DNA of 64,000 nt from Thalia democratica. Its lineage: Eukaryota. Shown one piece after another: positions 58,801-64,000 of the stretch; the stretch's first letter is position 1; every line of letters starts with the position of its first letter. Below the pieces are notes generated by a model. The model was not told the DNA's origin. It ran no database searches and worked only from the letters and a program-made list of their open reading frames with translations. Made by a program: the position numbers and the translations under genes. The DNA is taken from contig OZ241826.1 in the NCBI GenBank assembly GCA_965202585.1, positions 93,124,001 through 93,188,000 of the forward strand. Direction: 5' to 3'.

Positions 58801-61692
58801 TAATATTTATTTGAGTCACAAACCAAAACTTAAGTTAAATAAAATTTTAAGTATATTTTTTAATTTTTAAAGGTTTTTGAACTTTTTAAAGCTTTTTTAT
58901 TGTAAACATTTTAAAACTAATTCTTTTTAAATTTCGTTTAAGTATAGTATTTTTAGAAAGTTTACTAATTGTAAAAAGTTGTAATATTAAAGTTCAATGT
59001 AGTTTCGTTCTTTATAAAAATATCTATAAACAAAAAACTTATTGAAGTTTTTAATCATTATGAAAAGTAATTTTTTTAGAATAGTACACTGATAAAAAAC
59101 AAGAGAGATAAGCTTTCGTGATGTTTTTTTTAACAAATACTTATGTAAATAAACTTGTAATTAGTAAAGGATATAATGTATTAAAAACAAAATTAGGCTG
59201 GAGTACGTTTTGCTAATTAGAACTAAGTAGTAAATGACTTTTGTGAGATAAAAACAAAATCTTTTAGCTGTAATTATACAAGCGAAAAACTACAATAGTA
59301 CAAAGTAAACAAAATAATCTAAAAACTGTTTATCATGAGTTAATTTTATTAAGCTAGCGATGTTTGTTGTTAAAAAATAATTTGAACATACGCAAACTTA
59401 AAGTTGAGTAAGTTACATAATTTTTCATAACTGTAAAATTTTGTAATAACTTGTAAGTTTTGTGGCTTAAGTTAAGTAGTTAAAGTAAACTATTTTTCTA
59501 AGTGTTAAAATTTATATTTTTAAGTCAGTAACTTACATTCATAAAATTTGTGTTTGTTTACAATCAAAAAATGTTTAATATGTTTTTTGAACAAGTAACC
59601 AAAGTTCAAAAGTGAATATTCTTTTTTTTTTACAGCCATTTTTTTATTGCGATGTTAAGGTAAAAGTTGTACAAATTTGACAAAAGTTTAGTAAAAAATC
59701 ATTACAATAAAATATGTTTACAGGATTCTAGATTGATAAGTAAATTACGCTGCTACCTTAATTAGATAAGATTTAGACTATAGATCAGATAGATAACTTC
59801 AAAATACTTATTTTATTTCAACAAAGTTTTAAAAAGCGCTTTGCAGCGATAGTATCAGTGAAAGATTGTATTTAAAACCGAAAACCTTAACGTTTATACT
59901 TAGGCTTTGAAGAAAAAAAAGTCTTATTTTTGTTTTAAATGTTAAAAACGCGGCTTGCTTAACAAAACAAGATTTGTTAGTTATTTTCAGTATTTCTATA
60001 AACTATAAATTACTTTCACAGTCTTATTTAATACAAAGCTTAGTCTAAAGCTCAGTTAAAAATTAATCACAGTTTAAGAGTTGACACAATCTTTACCACT
60101 TACAACTAGGTTAGCCAGGTTTCACTAACACCTAATTTTATAAAAAGTAATTAAACAATCACTGTTATAATATTTTAAACACTTACAAAGCTTCTTTGCT
60201 TTGATTATCTAACAAAAGCTGTTAAACGATTAATTATTAGTAGTTATTTTTACTTTTTTGAACTTAGCTTAAGCTTGCTGTTAAATGGAAGACGCTTAAA
60301 ACTGTTTGTTGTCTTTAACTTACAACAGAATGTAAATTTTGTAACACTTAAAACTTAACACGAATTAATTTCTGTTAAGATTAATACCTCTTAAGTTTAG
60401 TTTAAGTAACAAAGTAATTATAGACTCTTTAGAAATATTTTAAGGTACAGGTTATCACTACACCAATAGCTTATAAAAAGAATATTTATAACATAAGTTT
60501 TTAACTAAAACATATGCAAAAATCAAAGTTTGTTGTATGTTAACAAGCTTTTTTTTCAGCAATTGGTTTCTTTGTGTAATAGCATAAAAATCTTAATAAT
60601 TTTTTTTTATTAAAATGCTTTTTAGATATGGTTATAGTAGTACAACTTCAAATTATACTGTTAGTATATGATATCTTTATATTTAGAGTTAGACTACAAG
60701 TTACTGGAAAGCTTTACGCTTAGGGAGCCTATATATAACATTGAAGTTTTAATTGTATACACAGTAGTTTTGTGTTTGTTTTAGTTTATTGCTATGATTC
60801 AATCTACTCAAGTTTTTTTTTAAGAAAAAGTTCAAATTTTAAAAGTAGTGTTCTAACTTTAAACTTGAGCTAGTTGAAATACCCGGACAAAAAATTAATC
60901 ATCAAAAATTTGTAGCAAAATATTACTTTTGTAGACCTTTAGTTCATATTTGAAAAAAATAGTTTTGTGTTTAATAAAAAATATTGAGCTTTTGATTTTT
61001 ACAGAAATTTGTTTGAATATAAACAAAGCGGTGCAAACAGTCTACAAGTATCTTTTAGTCTTTACTACAACTAATATGACTTAAAATTGTACGGCTTAAT
61101 CATAAAGTTCTATTCAAAGTACAAAGGTTGTTACAGACTTAGCTCTAAACATTTTAAAAAAACACACTATGTAAATTAGCTTTAGTTTTTATTACACCAC
61201 TAACTATATAGTTCCAACTATTACACAACAAAGTACTTTCACAAATTAAGCTAATCACCGGCTTAAAAATGTATGTACTTAAAATATTAACATTAGTTTT
61301 CTAATTTCTCGGTAGCTTCATTGAGTAATAAAATTAAACGTGTATATTTGAGTTATAAACGTCTAACTGAATTGAAAACAACTTTTACAAACAACAAGCA
61401 TTAGTACAATGTACTTAGATTTATTTTATTTACTTTTCTTTGAATTTAGTACTATTTTTGCTAAGTATTTTCATAAAAACACTTTAAATCTACTAATTTT
61501 TTTATTTATCGTTTTTTTTAACATTTATTTCCGTGAATTTAGTACTGTTATTTTATTTTTTATCTAATGCTGTTTATTTATTTATTAATTTTTTGTTCAA
61601 TTAATGGTAGTTGTAGCATACTTTAAAATCCTATTTAAAATTTCTTTTTATTTTAACAGCACAATATTTGTAGTTTTTTTACTGAACTGAGT

Positions 61693-63850
61693 ATGGAAAA
61701 CTTTGCTAAACCGAAGAAAAGTTCAATCAACTTTGAAACAAACGACAAAAAGAAATTGAAATACAATTTCAAAATGTTTCAACAAAAACAAGCAAACGAC
61801 GACGAAGGTGAAAACAGAAGCAATTCAGTTGGAACAAATTCACCATGTTCTTCTACGAGCTCCACTCTGTACATTGACGAGAATGCACAGACAAACAGTC
61901 AGTTTTGAATTTACTTGTCTTGAAATTATATGGCTCAAACATAAAATATAATCAAACTTCAAAAGTTACTAAAATCTTAGCTCTAAACACTTGAAAAAAA
62001 AATTACATGAAAAATTAGCTTTAGTTTTTATTACACAATTACGCTTTAAAGTTTCAACTATTACAAGCAGTTTGACTATTTAAATTCATTAATAGTTAGA
62101 CATATATTTTTCACTGAAACAGGCTCACAGCAAGGATTAGTAGTTGATAAACCTGTGATCATGCATAACAGCCAATCACAAATACCCACTGAGGAAAACA
62201 GCCAGTCACAAATATCCACTGTGGAAAACAGCCAATCACAAATATCCACTGTGGAAAACAGCCAATCACAAATACCCATTGTGGAAAACAGCCAATCACA
62301 AATACCCATTGTGAAAAACAGCCAATCACAAATACCCATTGTGGAAAACAGCCAATCGGCAGGTGAGAAACTCGCGATTTGCAACAAGGAAACCTGGAAC
62401 AAATTGAACGAGGCAGGAAAACCTGAGATGGTGCTGACGAGACCAGGAAGGTAAAATTTTGAGTTTTTTTAATTTACTAATGAAAAATGTTTTATTAATT
62501 ACGTAAACTTTTAAGATATTAAACAACTTTAATGACTTTAAAACTTGTTTATGTTAGTATAAATTTTATTTTAAGCAACCTGCTAACAAATCGCAAAGTT
62601 ATTACTGACTGATGTAAACTTTTTAGCTGAAAAGGATTTTTATTTAATTTTAAAATTAAAACTAAGTATGTAAAAAAGGCAAACTTTTAAAAGTATTCTT
62701 AGACAACAAACTTTTTTTCGATCAACTACTTAAAAACCTTTAATTTAATTCATGTACAATTCTTTATTGTCTTGTTAACATTTTTTAAGCAAAAGGATGC
62801 TGAAATGTTATTAATACTACTTTGACGTCTAAAAAATTTATCACCTTTTTTAAATAAAAAAACGTTGTTTTAGTTTAATTTTTCAATAATTAATAAAACA
62901 CTATTTAAACCTGAAACCTCACAGGCGGATGTTCCCAACCATCAAAGTGAGGATGATCAACCTCCGTCCTGATTCCCAGTACATCCTCTTCCTCAAGTTC
63001 GAACCCGCCACCAACCTCAAACACAAGTGGGACAGGTGAGTAAATTTTGACAACTGACACTTTTATCGGAAATAACTTATTTTTTTCTAAAATGTTTATC
63101 TATGAAACAAAAATGAGTTGTATTGAAAGTAAAAATTAACTTTTTTTATTACCCGGTTTCAGTTGAAAAATTCCCACTTTATTAAACACCAATAAGTTAT
63201 TAAAAAGAAATTAAAAAAAATAGAATATAGTATGAAATAAGAAAAGTGATAAGTTTTAATTCGTGGCAATTCAACCCAACAGGGACCGGATGGAGTGGCA
63301 GTCCACTTTCTGCGGGGACCCTCAGCCCGACACGCTTGGTCACGTGCACAGGATGTCGCCATCTAGCGGCGCTGATTGGATGAAATACGAGGAGGTGGAC
63401 TTCGATCAGGTGTTTCTGACCAACTGCAGGGAAACGGCAGTCGCTAAAAACTTTGTGAGTGAAAAATTTTTTTAATTGAGTAGATTACCAACAAAATTTC
63501 ATTATACTAAACCTTTAAGTTATTTACAAATTAAATGAGTACAAAGTGTATATAAGCCCTTTAAACATTTGTAAGAAACCATTTGTTTTGTTAGTCTTTT
63601 CAACAAATTTTTTACAATAAACAAAAAAGTTAATTTCTCTTTTAAGTATTCGTAATATTATGACATATATTAACTTTTGAAGTATGTATACTAAATAAAT
63701 AAAAATATTAAACAGTCTTTATTGACTTCAATGATGAAATATCAGCCAGTGTTTTCTCTGATTCGATTGGACAGCACTGGTGAAAACATCAAGCGATTTA
63801 CATTTAAGGAAACCGAGTTTATTGCAGTCACTGCGTACCAAAACCAAACC
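61693..63850 (+). CDS. Divergent T-box transcription factor, first five coding exons (continues beyond window)
   Basis: Exons 61693-61897, 62123-62450, 62925-63035, 63283-63454 and 63716-63850 splice in frame (phases 1, 2, 2, 0, 0). They give ETWNKLNEAGKPEMVLTRPGRRMFPTIKV...HVHRMSPSSGADWMK...FLTN...TSMMKYQP...FTFKETEFIAVTAYQN. Subfamily not assignable. Confidence 0.92.
62167..62358 (+). repeat. 30-bp coding tandem repeat (6 full units plus a partial; NSQSQIPIVE-like)
   Basis: AACAGCCAATCACAAATACCCATTGTGGAA units inside T-box exon 2. Confidence 0.92.
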
Positions 63851-64000
63851 GTTAGCATATTGTTTGTTTATAAACTGTAACAATTTACTTACTACTAACT
63901 TAAGTAGTAATGTTAAGCGTTTTGTCTACTTTATTTTTAAAAACATTTTAAACAAAAAAACTAACCAAGAATAAAGCTGTTTTAATGTAACTACAAGCGG

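Noticed and set aside
58620-59670. Possible non-coding upstream exons of the T-box gene (acceptor-like TTTTAG near 58640 and TTTACAG near 59636 with donor GTAAAA near 59660)
   Set aside because: Splice-like motifs are common in T-rich DNA. No coding or conservation support without RNA data.
62076-63974. ORFs 62076-62402, 62326-62526, 63159-63362 and 63780-63974
   Set aside because: Antisense or wrong-frame overlaps with T-box exons.
1-64000. rRNA, tRNA, prokaryotic operons or horizontally acquired bacterial DNA
   Set aside because: No recognisable structural RNA. Genes show spliceosomal introns or poly(A) signals, and no Shine-Dalgarno or operon organisation was seen.

Overview
Very AT-rich metazoan genomic DNA with GT-AG introns and many transposon relics. 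No rRNA, tRNA or CRISPR array was found. The main discovery is invisible to the ORF track: a minus-strand, 20-exon gene (55756->46604) in which every intron is phase 1. It splices into a ~570-aa secreted polyprotein: signal peptide, acidic spacers, eight near-identical 32-aa His-rich amphipathic peptides (F[I/L/F]FG[I/L]IHHAIRGVAGVAHHAIGAVRG[L/I]GHAIL-G, clavanin-like), then three Tyr/Gly/His-rich peptides (e.g. YYYGYGYGHPYYHHHYY-G). Each peptide is bounded by Asp, not dibasic sites, and ends in an amidation Gly. A 5'-truncated pseudogene copy lies at 26803-31246. The window also holds three long single-ORF genes with tandem PARP-like domains, each with a different disabling lesion. There is an orphan membrane-anchored helical protein (one intact copy, one frameshifted), an orphan 544-aa protein with an internal repeat, and the first five coding exons of a divergent T-box gene. 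PARP-like, orphan and peptide genes form a duplicated block. Two decayed hAT (Buster-type) relics, palindromic Penelope-like insertions with hammerhead-like motifs, and several MITE or foldback elements are also present. All assignments come from manual reading and translation; no database search was run. The clavanin resemblance hints at a tunicate, but this is inference.
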